Below are positions 40,681 to 52,592 of a stretch of DNA of 64,000 nucleotides, piece by piece. The stretch spans positions 71,734,001-71,798,000 of the forward strand of contig NC_043008.1 of assembly GCF_006345805.1 (NCBI RefSeq), read 5' to 3'. Origin of the DNA: Octopus sinensis (Eukaryota). Numbering within the stretch: position 1 is the first letter of the stretch; each line of letters starts with the position of its first letter. Under the pieces are notes generated by a model, which worked only from the letters and a program-made list of their open reading frames with translations, had not been told where the DNA came from and did no database searches. Position numbers and translations under genes: made by a program.

Positions 40681-41879
40681 CGTCTTCCCACTCCCATTTT
40701 CTACATTTCTGCTTGTTTGCCTATTTCTTTCTCGAAGAAACCGATTATAGTCAAACATGGAGAGGGGTGATTTCTGCTTCTTCACAAAATGCTTTGACAA
40801 TATGTATATCATTACGGTACCCTTACTACCCCATTAGAAGTTCAAAGACCAAGACTTCAGGCATAAAGTATTTGTGGTGGCTTCTTGGTCGTGTGTTACA
40901 AAACCAGGCTTCCCCTCGTTTTCCGCCTCTTATATATTTGAGACTAGTCGAGAATATATAACTAAAATTACTACTAGAAAAGTTGGGGCAGTTATCCTAA
41001 TTCCAATTTTACATGTAGCACCGTTTTCAGAAATAGTCTAATTCATATAAAATAAATTATCAAACATTTCTAACAGTTATGTGTATTGTACAGTATCTAG
41101 TTCATTAATTTATAATTATTTGTAAGTCTGTGTCTGGTTTAATTCTCTTATCTTCGTTCTTCATCTATCATGATATTAATGTTTTTGATTAATTTTCCTC
41201 TCTTAGCGTATATTTCTAATTCGAATCTAATATCAATTACCCTAGAAAACCTGTTTACTATCTCTCTCACAAAGTTTCAAGATCTTTATCATCCGTAGCA
41301 TTCAACCTAGGTCATCCATTTACAAGAGATAGGTGATTATCCTTCCATAGAATTCTCTTTTACATTGGTTGATAAAATTATGAATACCAGATAAAAAAGC
41401 GAGAAAGGAGGCTGTGGTTGAATATTTCTCCTGGGACCCGATTAATTATTGTAATTTCTTCCTGTGTCAGTAACTTCGGAGTAGCTTACCGTTTGGCCAT
41501 GAAGTGTTAAATGTATCTGTTTTATTGACTTGTTCATGACAAGTTACTTAGATCCATGAGTAAGGAACAAAGTCAAATGTAATTTCAACTTGACCTTTAA
41601 GGGACTTCTAAATCTATTTCTGTGTAAGACTGACTAACGTGCTCGCAACATTTCCCCATATCATTTCAAGAGGAACAAGCATCAAATCTATTATTTGTCC
41701 TAATTTATGATAACTTAGATATGCTTTGGCCAACGTTTGGTCTAACTTATTAGCATCATCTGACAGAATCTGTGAAGTAATCATTAAGACAAGTTTTGTG
41801 GTATCATGGACCATTCAAGTAGGGAATTGTTGTTAACTGAGACTAAATAGTGCACGAGTCGTATGGAACGGGGCCCCAA

Positions 41880-43400
41880 TTCTAAATTTGATATTACGGT
41901 TATTTGTGTAATGATGGTTATATATTTACCTCATTGTACAAATGATGCAGCACTCACAGAAGTACTGGAGAAAATAAAAGTTCAATGTTTTAAGTTTAAC
42001 CCAATAATGGAGATAATTCTTGCCGCTTATCTTTCTGGAGTGACTCAATTCTCGTAATGTTTGTTTGGAGTGGAGAGACGATTGCTGGAAGTAGATTTCT
42101 AGATGTAATCGTGCAAAAGAGGAGAAGGGGACATTGGTGAAACCTTGCTCCCTGGACCGAAAAGTTCTAAGGATCCAGGCGTTCATCCTGCGAGACACAT
42201 CATGTGAGTACTCCGGTCGAAATTGTTGTCAATATCCACTCCTATTTTCGGTTGCTGTTAGTAGTTCCCTTGAAAGAAGAGAATATGTTTTTGAGCGCTT
42301 TTTAAAATTTTAAGTGCATATGTTCAAATTTTCCATCATTTAACCTCATGTTATTTTTGTCCGCCAATTGGCTTACAGCATGTAAACTAGACTGCATTTC
42401 AGTTCGATGTTCTTTTCCATGAATAATTTTCTCAAGCTTGGAATCGTCTGCGAATATTTATTTCGCTGTATTTTATGACGCTTCAAATTTTGTTTATATA
42501 GACTATGAAAAGGAGCAGGCGCAAAATTGTCCCCTGTGGGGACAAGATGACTTTTGCAGGGCTAATGGATTCCACTGATCGCATCATATGTTCTGTTCAC
42601 CAGGAGATACTTAATCCAATGTAGAAGTTTTTCACGGACTCCAATATTTGACAATTTTGACAGGAGGGCATAGGGCCGATGCTGGCGGACGCTTTACTGA
42701 AGTCAAGATATATGACATCAGAGTTCGAAACTGATCCCAAAGCTTTAAGAAGATCATCAATATGAAGCCAAAATGTGGCAGTCTCTGCTGCATCAAAAAC
42801 CATGCTGGTTGGAATTTAGGAGTTTGTAACTCTCCAAGGAAGGCAGATAACCTTGATCTCGCTAACCATTCAAACACTTCGATGAGAGGGGAAGGGAGCG
42901 AGAGCGAGTTAGAGTTAACTGCAAAAAAATACTTGTTTCCATTTTTGAAAACCAGCATTATAGGTTAGGATAAGAATTGCATCAGTATATATCCCGAGTC
43001 TGAAGAATTGCTCCAGAGCTTGGTTAGAGTGGTTGCAGGCTGCTGTCTGTATTCCTGAAGGACATTAGTGGGGAAGCTAACAACACCCACTTTCAAATAA
43101 TACTTGATTTCATATATCGCTGCTATGATGATATCTGAGGAAGTAAAAGTTATGTTAGAGATAATATGCTGGGGATTAAGTTCGTTCATATCCATAGCGT
43201 GAATATCAGACGGATCACTAAAGACAGAGCAGAATTGTTTGTGCAGTATTTCGCAATTTATTTACCATTATGTTATCGTCTATCAGTGGATCCTCGGGTG
43301 TTATAGCTGTCTTGTGCTTGTTGGGATAGGAATAGAACACTTTCTGTTTGATTCTTTTGATTACACACACGGTCTTTGATTATCAATTCAGTCCTTCTTA
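41880..43400 (-). mobile_element. Decayed CR1-type LINE ORF2 (RT)
   Basis: DVIYLDFSKA, PQGTILRLLLFIVYI, FADDSKL, WILRTFRSR on minus strand. Confidence 0.85.
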
Positions 43401-43815
43401 TCGCTATTGAATGTGGATGCTGTGGATGGTAGTATTTCAACTGTTTGATTTAATTGTAAAATCAGGATCAAAAATGTATAAAACACATAAATCACTAATA
43501 TTCAAAGGCCCGAAGGCGACTTACAGAAGAATCGACGGTCATCAAGGAAACCGCCTTTAAGACACTGGAGAATTGTGAAATGTGGTTCTGGAGGCGAGTG
43601 GAGAAAAACTGCTGCACGAACCATGTGAGCAATGAAGAAGTGCTTAGGTGGGTTGGAGAAAGCGGTGTTTATATATACATATACATACGTGTATATACAT
43701 ATATACATACGAATATACACACACACGCACACACACACACTCACACACACACATAGTCCTATTTTTATCGACTGTCATATTAGTTTGGCGATAGCTATTT
43801 ATATATATAAATATA

Positions 43816-43856
<41 letters not shown>

Positions 43857-44119
43857 CAATTAAGGACAACTACTTAATAAGGAAAACTTAACAAGAAATT
43901 GTCAGGTAGATAGCGTGAAAACCTCATAAGAGAAAGAATTTCGAAAATAATTATTTCTTATTGAACATATTAATTTATATATAGAGGGCATTATACATCC
44001 ATGCCAGATGGCATTATACATACATGCCACACGCTAAGAGGGACAATTAGTCATTTCTACCAAAAATATTACTAATCCCACCGAATGCAATTTTTCAAAG
44101 TAAGACATTTAAAAAATAT

Positions 44120-44167
44120 AGACCTGTATCACAGTGATTTCATACTTACGTATTCATCAGCAGGCCT
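44120..44167 (-). ncRNA. Type I hammerhead ribozyme (copy 1)
   Basis: AGGCCTG-CTGATGA-ATAC gtaa GTAT-GAAA-TCA ctg TGA-TA^CAGGTCT on minus strand. Confidence 0.88.
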
Positions 44168-44595
44168 GGATGTATCATACATAAACGACCTTGCCTCGCT
44201 TAAGCCGATCAGCTAACTGATCAACATCAACGAAGCACATGGGTGAGTTTACATATATTACATCCTGTAAATGTCAGACTTTTACGAATTGCATTTCGGG
44301 AAAGGAAAAGTTTTTTCGGAATAAAAATTTAGCAATTAAGGACAACTACTTAATAAGGAAAACTTAACAAGAAATTGTCAGGTAGATAGCGTGAAAACCT
44401 CATAAGAGAAAAAATTTCGAAAATAATTATTTCTTATTGAACATATTAATTTATATATAGAGGGCATTATACATCCATGCCAGATGGCATTATACATACA
44501 TGCCACACGCTAAGAGGGACAATTAGTCATTTCTACCAAAAATATTACTAATCCCACCGAATGCAATTTTTCAAAGTAAGACATTTAAAAAATAT

Positions 44596-44643
44596 AGACC
44601 TGTATCACAGTGATTTCATACTTACGTATTCATCAGCAGGCCT
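44596..44643 (-). ncRNA. Type I hammerhead ribozyme (copy 2)
   Basis: Identical to copy 1. Confidence 0.88.
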
Positions 44644-44974
44644 GGATGTATCATACATTTGGCATGGATGTATAATGCCCTCTATATATAAATTAATATG
44701 TTCAATAAGAAATAATTATTTTCGAAATGTTTTCTCTTATGAGGTTTTCACGCTATCTACCTGACAATTTCTTGTTAAGTTTTCCTTATTAAGTAGTTGT
44801 CCTTAATTGCTAAATTTTTATTCCGAAAAAACTTTTCCTTTCCCGAAATGCAATTCGTAAAAGTCTGACATTTACAGGATGTAATATATGTAAACTCACC
44901 CATGTGCTTCGTTGATGTTGATCAGTTAGCTGATTGGCTTAAGCGAGGCAAGGTCGTTTATGTATGATACATCC

Positions 44975-45022
44975 AGGCCTGCTGATGAATACGTAAGTAT
45001 GAAATCACTGTGATACAGGTCT
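44975..45022 (+). ncRNA. Type I hammerhead ribozyme (copy 3)
   Basis: Stem I aggcctg/caggtct (7 bp, one G-U), core CUGAUGA, stem II auac/guau with GUAA loop, GAAA, near-palindromic stem III, AUA triplet; cleavage predicted after 45015. Confidence 0.9.
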
Positions 45023-45449
45023 ATATTTTTTAAATGTCTTACTTTGAAAAATTGCATTCGGTGGGATTAGTAATATTTTTGGTAGAAATGACTAATTTCC
45101 CTCTTAGCGTGTGGCATGTATGTATAATGCCATCTGGCATGGATGTATAATGCCCTCTATATATAAATTAATATGTTCAATAAGAAATAATTATTTTCGA
45201 AATTTTTTCTCTTATGAGGTTTTCACGCTATCTACCTGACAATTTCTTGTTAAGTTTTCCTTATTAAGTAGTTGTCCTTAATTGCTATATTTTTATTTCG
45301 AAAAAACTTTTCCTTTCCCGAAATGCAATTCGTAAAAGTCTGACATTTACAGGATGTAATATATGTAAACTCACCCATGTGCTTCGTTGATGTTGATCAG
45401 TTAGCTGATCGGCTTAAGCGAGGCAAGGTCGTTTATGTATGATACATCC

Positions 45450-45497
45450 AGGCCTGCTGATGAATACGTAAGTATGAAATCACTGTGATACAGGTCT
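45450..45497 (+). ncRNA. Type I hammerhead ribozyme (copy 4)
   Basis: Identical to copy 3; cleavage predicted after 45490. Confidence 0.9.
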
Positions 45498-45633
45498 ATA
45501 TTTTTTAAATGTCTTACTTTGAAAAATTGCATTCGGTGGGATTAGTAATATTTTTGGTAGAAATGACTAATTGTCCCTCTTAGCGTGTGGCATGTATGTA
45601 TAATGCCATCTGGCATGGATGTATAATGCCCTC

Positions 45634-45676
<43 letters not shown>

Positions 45677-46122
45677 TTTTGGGGATTCGGTTTGCAAGAT
45701 TCTTTATGTGAGTTTGTGTGTTGAAGCATATTTTGTGGTGTCAGGGTAGAGTCATTCTTTTTTATGCCGTATTATTTAACACGCTTCCCGGTTCAGTTTC
45801 CAGTCATCTACTTCGATATTTTTATAAATTTTTCGTTGCGTCTTGCAACCTTTTCAATATACGTTGACTCTGTCCGTTTTCTGAGCTGCGTTCTTTTGTT
45901 TGCTTGTGCGCATCTGTGTGGCTCAGTGTTCGTGCCCATACACATATGTATGTATGTAGGTATGCTTGTATGTTTGATTATGCATGTATGTTTGTGTATG
46001 CACACACACACGCACACATTCACACATACGCATATACTTACACGCACACACATTCAAACGCGCTCACATATATATAAATACATCAGATGTTTAGGCTAAA
46101 TTCGAAACTACTCTCTGTTAGT

Positions 46123-46324
46123 CTTTTACTCTTTTACTTGTTTCAGTCATTTGACTCCGGCCATGCTAGAGCACCGCCTTCAGTTGAGGAAATCGACATT
46201 TTGCAAGCCTAGTACTTATTCTATCACTCTTCTGGCAAACCACTAAGTTACGAGGACGTAATCACACCAGCATCGGTTGTCAAGCGATGTTCGGGAGACA
46301 AACACAGACACACAAACACACTCA

Positions 46325-46371
<47 letters not shown>

Positions 46372-46578
46372 CACTCATATATATATATTTATATATATAT
46401 ATATATACATATACACGACGGGCTCCTTTCAGTTTCCGTCTACCAAATCTACTCATAAGGCTTTGGTCGGCTCGAGGCTATAGTAGAAGACACTTGCCCA
46501 AGGTGCCACGCATTGGGACTGAACTCGAAACCATGTGGTTGGTAAGCAAGCTACTTACCACACAGCCACTTCTGCGCC
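46123..46578 (-). mobile_element. tRNA-derived SINE, family A
   Basis: Reverse complement of the 7010-7426 type. Confidence 0.9.
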
Positions 46579-47187
46579 TATAAAATTTAAACAAAAAGCA
46601 ATATTACATCCAACAGTAAACTTACTCCCAAATTTCAAAACATTCCAACTAGATTATGGTCAACAACTCATTACTCAAAGTAGCAGAGCTTAGATTTCAC
46701 CATGTCTAAGAGTTTGTTCCAGACCCTGGGGCATGATTTCCTCACTGTTCCCTGGGAAGGTCTTGGCCACTAACCAGGCCTTGATGTTGCTGGAAGAACG
46801 GCTGGTGTTTTTCTGAATTTCACCCAACAGATACTAGAATTTGAGACTAGTGAAGTAAAAATTCTCCGACAAGTGGCCCTGAATTTTACCGGAGGTATGG
46901 TAAAGGAACGAATCTTGTTACCACGTATAAGACTTTCCAGCACCGACCATCTTTGTCCAGGATTTGGTCACAACCCCAAGTCATCTGCATTGAGACTAAG
47001 GCCCTGTTCAATATTTGTTGGGTGGATTCTGCCGAGCTGACTCAGAACGCCTGCTGTACCACTTCCTGTCCACAGTTTGTTTGTCTCCATTACAGCTGTC
47101 TAATTCACGTCTTACAGCATTTACAGTGTTCCTAGCGCATACGGTAGCAAGTCATGATGTCACACGAACACGCGTATACACACACAC

Positions 47188-47283
<96 letters not shown>

Positions 47284-48260
47284 AGAAACACATACAGAAA
47301 CACACACACGATGAGTGAGAGAGAAACTGAAAGAGATAAATATAGTGTACCAAGGCGGACAGACATCATAGAGATATTCATGAAGATTTAAACGTATATG
47401 TAATGATCTAACCATCTCTCCGTCTGTCTGGTTAACACTGCTTATATTAAATGTACATGAATGGGCGTGTGTGTGTGTTTGTATGTGTATATATATATAT
47501 ACTCGTATGGATTTATACATGTGTGTGTGTATGCTTGCGCTATGTATGTGCATGTTTGTGTCTATATGTGGGCGTGCACGAATGTGTGCGCGCATTTTTT
47601 TTTATGTGTACGGTGTCCGTAAATAAATGTAGTGGAAGCTTTATTATTCAGGTTATCTCTCACTCGATCGTACACGGGCTATTAATATTTCACTACTCTT
47701 TGTCTGCAAAGAATTATAACGTTATTTGCTTTATGTTATATTTCTATTACATTTTCACCGTATTTACCCATGTCTTCCTCTATAGTCCACAGATGTGTCT
47801 ACTACATCTGATTTGTTTATAATGCTTCCTACACTTTTCATATCTTTGCTGTATAAAGCAGAAGTTAGCAAATACAAAGTCGATGGTTCATCCCATGGTG
47901 ATTCCGTTGAAATCTGCATTAAGTTACCTTTTCTATAATATAATAGAAGCCATTTTTTTCTTTTTACATTTCTCTATTTCTACATTTGTATTTACTTATC
48001 ATGCTTTGCATTATCATTCTATGTATTGCTGACCACTGACTCCTGTTTCGATATGTGTAATATCTTTGTAGGTGTGGAAACGGGTGAAATATTATAATGT
48101 TGAAACTTTCGATTGTTGAGTTTCAGTGAGGGGACGATCCCTAAAAGGAATCTAGTACGATGTGTACTTTATACATACAAACATCCACACGCATTTACAC
48201 ATATACACAGAAACACACACACACACACGAATAAAAATTAGTGACCTCAATTTAAACAGA

Positions 48261-48682
48261 GGCGCAGGCGTAGCTTTGTGATAAGAAGATTGTGTCACAA
48301 CCATATGTTTCTGCTTTTACTCCCTCTGCGTAACACGTTTAGTAACTCTCTTTTACACATAACCTCGGGCCGACCAAACCGTGTGAATGGATGTGGTAGA
48401 CGGAAACTGAAACAAGACCGTTGTATGTGTGTGTGTGTGTGAAAGCCTGTGAGTGTGTATGTGTGTGTGTATGTTTGTTTTTGTGTCAGTGTTTTACCCC
48501 CATGTCATGGGAACCGGTCTTGGTGAGGTAATTTAGCGGTTCGGCAAAACAGAAGGATAGAATAAGTACCAGGCTTTATAATAGAGTACTGGGTCCGAGT
48601 TATTCGACTAATAGTTCTTCAAGGCGATGCCACATTGTGGCCGCGTTCTACTGAATGAGACAAGTAAATGATAAAATATAAA
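48261..48682 (+). mobile_element. Diverged family A SINE
   Basis: ggcgcagg head, cctcgggccgacc..gtagacggaaactgaa, gatagaataagtacc. Confidence 0.8.
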
Positions 48683-48970
48683 AGACACATCAACTTCCTT
48701 GTCTATTTAGCTAGGTTCTTCGGCACCTGATCAGAGCGTAAAATTGCCACGTGAATCTTCCGATCCCCACAAAATACACTGAGTTGACCTGAAATGCGTT
48801 TCATTTATCAGAGATGAAGGCACTGCAGCAATTTCAATTGTTATCACGGAAGCGAATTAATAAATAGATTTCTGAACGTATATCGAGATACTGATGCATA
48901 CATGCATATATACATAAATAAACGCATACATACATGTATATACATATGTATATATATATATATATATATA

Positions 48971-49225
48971 TAATTTAGAGAAAAACCTCTATTAAACAAT
49001 TCAATAGTGAAAGACGTTATTCACACCATATAGAAAACATATAGTATAAAAACCTTATTCTAAAAATCAATAAAGTACATAAACAATAAATAGTAAATAT
49101 TATTTATTGTTTATGTACTTTATTGATTTTTAGAATAAGGTTATTATAGTATATGTTTTCTATATAGTGTGAATAACGTCTTTCACTATTGGATTTTTAA
49201 TAGAGGCTTTTTTCTCTAAATTATA
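48971..49225. repeat. AT-rich foldback (~120-bp arms) inserted after (TA)n
   Basis: taatttagagaaaaacctctattaaa..gtgaaagacgttattcacac..ccttattctaaaaatcaataaagtacataaacaataaata and its reverse complement. Confidence 0.9.
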
Positions 49226-49303
49226 TACATATTTATTGTGAAATTTGATTTAGAATTGCTAAATTGAATTTTTTCCTGTAAGATTGGAATTATATTCCCT
49301 ACT

Positions 49304-49690
49304 AGGAGTGGCTGTGTGGTAAGTAGCTTGTTTATCAACCACATGGTTCCGGGTTCAGTCCCACGGCGTGGCACCTTGGCCAAATGTCTTCCACTATAGC
49401 TTCGGGCCGACCAAAGCTTTGTGAGTGGATTTGGTAGACGGAAACTGAAAGAAGCCTTTCGTATATATGTATATATATGTGTGCGTGTATATTTGTGTTT
49501 GTCCCCCTAGCATTGCTTGACAACCGATGATGTTGTGTTTATGTCCCCGTCACTCAGCGGTTCGGCAAAAGAGACCGATAGAATAAGTACTGGGCTTACA
49601 AAGAATAAGTCCCGGGGTCGAGTTGCTCGATTAAAGGTGGTGCTCCAGCATGGCCGCAGTCAAATGACTGAAACAAGTAAAAGAGAGTAA
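49304..49690 (+). mobile_element. tRNA-derived SINE, family A
   Basis: Near-identical to 25202-25610. Confidence 0.9.
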
Positions 49691-49696
49691 AAAGGA

Positions 49697-50302
49697 CATG
49701 GTCTCTTTGTATTGACAGGGGAGATAACACTCCCCACCGTAAACGACATGCATTAGATTAACATATTTTTGTATAGGAAATTAGCTCTCATCTGTAATGT
49801 TCACTCCATGACGCCTGTCAATATTACAGAAGATGTCATAGGCTTCAGTGACTGATTTCACAAAATGACAATTAGTAATGCTGTTGCTCACTGCCCCCTC
49901 GTCACTGCTAGTGACAATGAATTATTTCCTTGTTAGTTTTAAATTGCTGAAAGCCACCCTAATTATTTCATAATTTATACATTGCCATTTTGTGAAATCA
50001 GACACTGATTCCTACGGTATTCTCTATAATATTCACAGGTATGAGTTAGCCTTCACCATCCGTGATGGAGTGAGCATTTCAGATGAGTATTAATTTCCTA
50101 AACGAAAGTAGCATGCTAATGTAATGCATCTCGTTTACGGTGGAGAGTATTTTCTCCCGTGTCAATACAAAGAGACCAGGTGCATTTTGTGGTTAAGGAG
50201 TTTATTACTCCTATTTCTTGCAATGCTGGTGCTCACTACACCCTTCTCGATCTTTGTGATGATCAATTATTTCATTGCTCCTTTTAAATTACTGAAAGCC
50301 AC
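49697..50302. repeat. Old inverted + direct duplication (A-B-A'inv-B')
   Basis: tggtctctttgtattgaca..caccgtaaacga.atgcatta.atta inverted at ~49980-50180; aatgctg.tgctcact..ttttaaatt.ctgaaagccac at 49877-49957 and 50222-50302. Confidence 0.75.
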
Positions 50303-50457
50303 TTAAAGTATTTTATGTATGTGTGTGTGTATATGTATGCATGTATGTGTGTGTGTGTATATATATATGAATATTTATAAATATATATACATATGTTTAC
50401 ATATGTACATACGTATAGATAGATATGCATGCATATGCATGTGTATATATGTACACG

Positions 50458-50498
<41 letters not shown>

Positions 50499-50699
50499 GA
50501 TCACACCCCAGTGTATGTATGTATATACACATACATCGGAGTGGCACCATTATGAATCTAAAACGACGAGAGGCGCATTGTGACCAGTGATGTATAATAC
50601 AATAAGATGGTCTGTTCGACACTGTGATATATAGGTATTTGTTCTTGATTGTATGTATAAAAAAATATACTTGCATACACATACATATATTTTTAGCTT

Positions 50700-51068
50700 T
50701 TAGATTTTACTTTTTCCCTCAATGGACTGCGAGTATGCTGCGCAACCGACTTGACGAATATTTAATCGAAAGAATCGATTCTGGTACTTATTTTTAAAAA
50801 GCCTGTTATTATTGTATTGTTATCTTATGAAGAACCGCTATGCTACGAAGACATACACACACCAACACCGATTGTCAAGAGATAGTGGGGGACAAACACT
50901 GATACAAATACACACACATGTATGTACAGATTACCGTCCATCAAGTCCTTTAATAAGGCGTTGTTCAGACCGAGGGTACAGTAGGAAACACTTGCTCATA
51001 GTGCCACTGAATAGGACTGAATCAAAACTACGTCATCGCGAAGCAAAATTCTTACCACACAGCCACAG
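50700..51068 (-). mobile_element. Diverged family A SINE
   Basis: acaccaacaccgattgtcaag..acacttgctcatagtgccac..cttaccacacagccac. Confidence 0.7.
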
Positions 51069-51754
51069 TGACTTCGAAATTTCGGCCTAAGCAATCACAG
51101 GTGCGTGATATTTTTATATTCACCTAGCCTTTATATAGTTTCTGCTAAGCTTTATATTCTTGCGGGATAACCTCTAGCTTGGCAAAATAATCAGGTTAAA
51201 CTTTCAAATAGTACCAAGAACTCGCAAAGAAATCTGCTGACCAACTGAAATTTTTACGTTCTTTTGTGAATAATAAAATGGTTCTCTGCAAAAGTAGCAA
51301 GTTATCTTTCTCTTTTATGTAATACTTCTTTCTTACTTTAAACTTACCACAAAAAGAACATAGGAGTATTCATGCATATATTCTTTATTGTTCTCTCTGT
51401 TTCAGTCATTTCAATCTAGCTATCCTGAAGCAGCGTTTTGAAAGGTTTTAGTCAACTAAGCATCCCTAAGAGTTGCTTTTTAAGCTAAGTACTTATTCCA
51501 TATATATACAGGAAGGCGCGAGACTTATTGGTAAGGGTGTTACACTCGCGATTACTAGATCGTGATTTCAATTCCTAGATCAAGTGGTGGGGGTGTATTC
51601 TTGAGCAAAACACTTCATCTCACGTTGTGAAGTGCTAAAATTAGATCACTATAAACAAAACAATTTTGCAGGCCGTTCGGAAAAAGCTGAACGCTCATAC
51701 ATCGTCTTCGAAGGGAGAGTCCATCATATATATAATATATATATATATATATAT

Positions 51755-51795
<41 letters not shown>

Positions 51796-51797
51796 TA

Positions 51798-51844
<47 letters not shown>

Positions 51845-51885
51845 TATATATATATACGAGAAAGAAGCAACAAGAATGGATAGGT

Positions 51886-51976
51886 TTTTAGTACGATCGT
51901 TTCATACAAGGACAGGTTTTATTAAAAGTTGCAAAGATTACAGCATATAAACGAGTCCCGTACTCATCAGCTAAAA
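51886..51976 (-). ncRNA. Type I hammerhead ribozyme with extended stem II (left arm)
   Basis: Reverse complement of 52266-52356. Confidence 0.75.
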
Positions 51977-52265
51977 TACATGTAAGTTCTCTAGACATCC
52001 TAGTGTTTGAGGCTATACTCATGAAGTAATGTAGATAATTAAACAGATTTCTAAAGTTCATTAAAGTTCCTTAAAGTTCCTTAAAGATGATGTATAGTCT
52101 TATCACAGAGTTGATAAGACTCTGTGATAAGACTCTGTGATAAGACTATACATCATCTTTAAGGAACTTTAAGGAACTTTAATGAACTTAGAAATCTGTT
52201 TAATTATCTACATTACTTCATGAGTATAGCCTCAAACACTAGGATGTCTAGAGAACTTACATGTA

Positions 52266-52356
52266 TTTTAGCTGATGAGTACGGGACTCGTTTATATGCT
52301 GTAATCTTTGCAACTTTTAATAAAACCTGTCCTTGTATGAAACGATCGTACTAAAA
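52266..52356 (+). ncRNA. Type I hammerhead ribozyme with extended stem II (right arm)
   Basis: TTTTAG-CTGATGA-GTACGGGAC..(~40 nt)..GTCCTTGTAT-GAAA-CGATCG-TA^CTAAAA; palindromic stem III ACGATCGT, GUA triplet. Confidence 0.78.
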
Positions 52357-52555
52357 ACCTATCCATTCTTGTTGCTTCTTTCTCGCTTATAATACCCCCA
52401 CATTACTGTATTGTTAAATCAGTATAGTTTTTTTTGGTGCATCTAAGTTAGGTACCATATTCAAGTAAATTTTTTAATTAACTTGAATCTTTATTGCTCT
52501 TTATATATATATATATTATATATATATATATATATATAAAATATATATATATATG

Positions 52556-52592
<37 letters not shown>

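Larger units (their letters stand above)
43855..45644. repeat. 476-bp tandem repeat array with central inversion, each unit carrying a type I hammerhead ribozyme (retrozyme / Penelope pLTR-like)
   Basis: Unit starts at 43855 and 44331 (period 476); orientation flips at ~44656-44660; ~2.1 inverted units to 45644; (TA)n on both sides. Confidence 0.95.

Noticed and set aside
43855-45644. CRISPR-like or ordinary satellite interpretation of the tandem array
   Set aside because: Eukaryotic context, no unique spacers, and 476-bp units with ribozymes and an inversion
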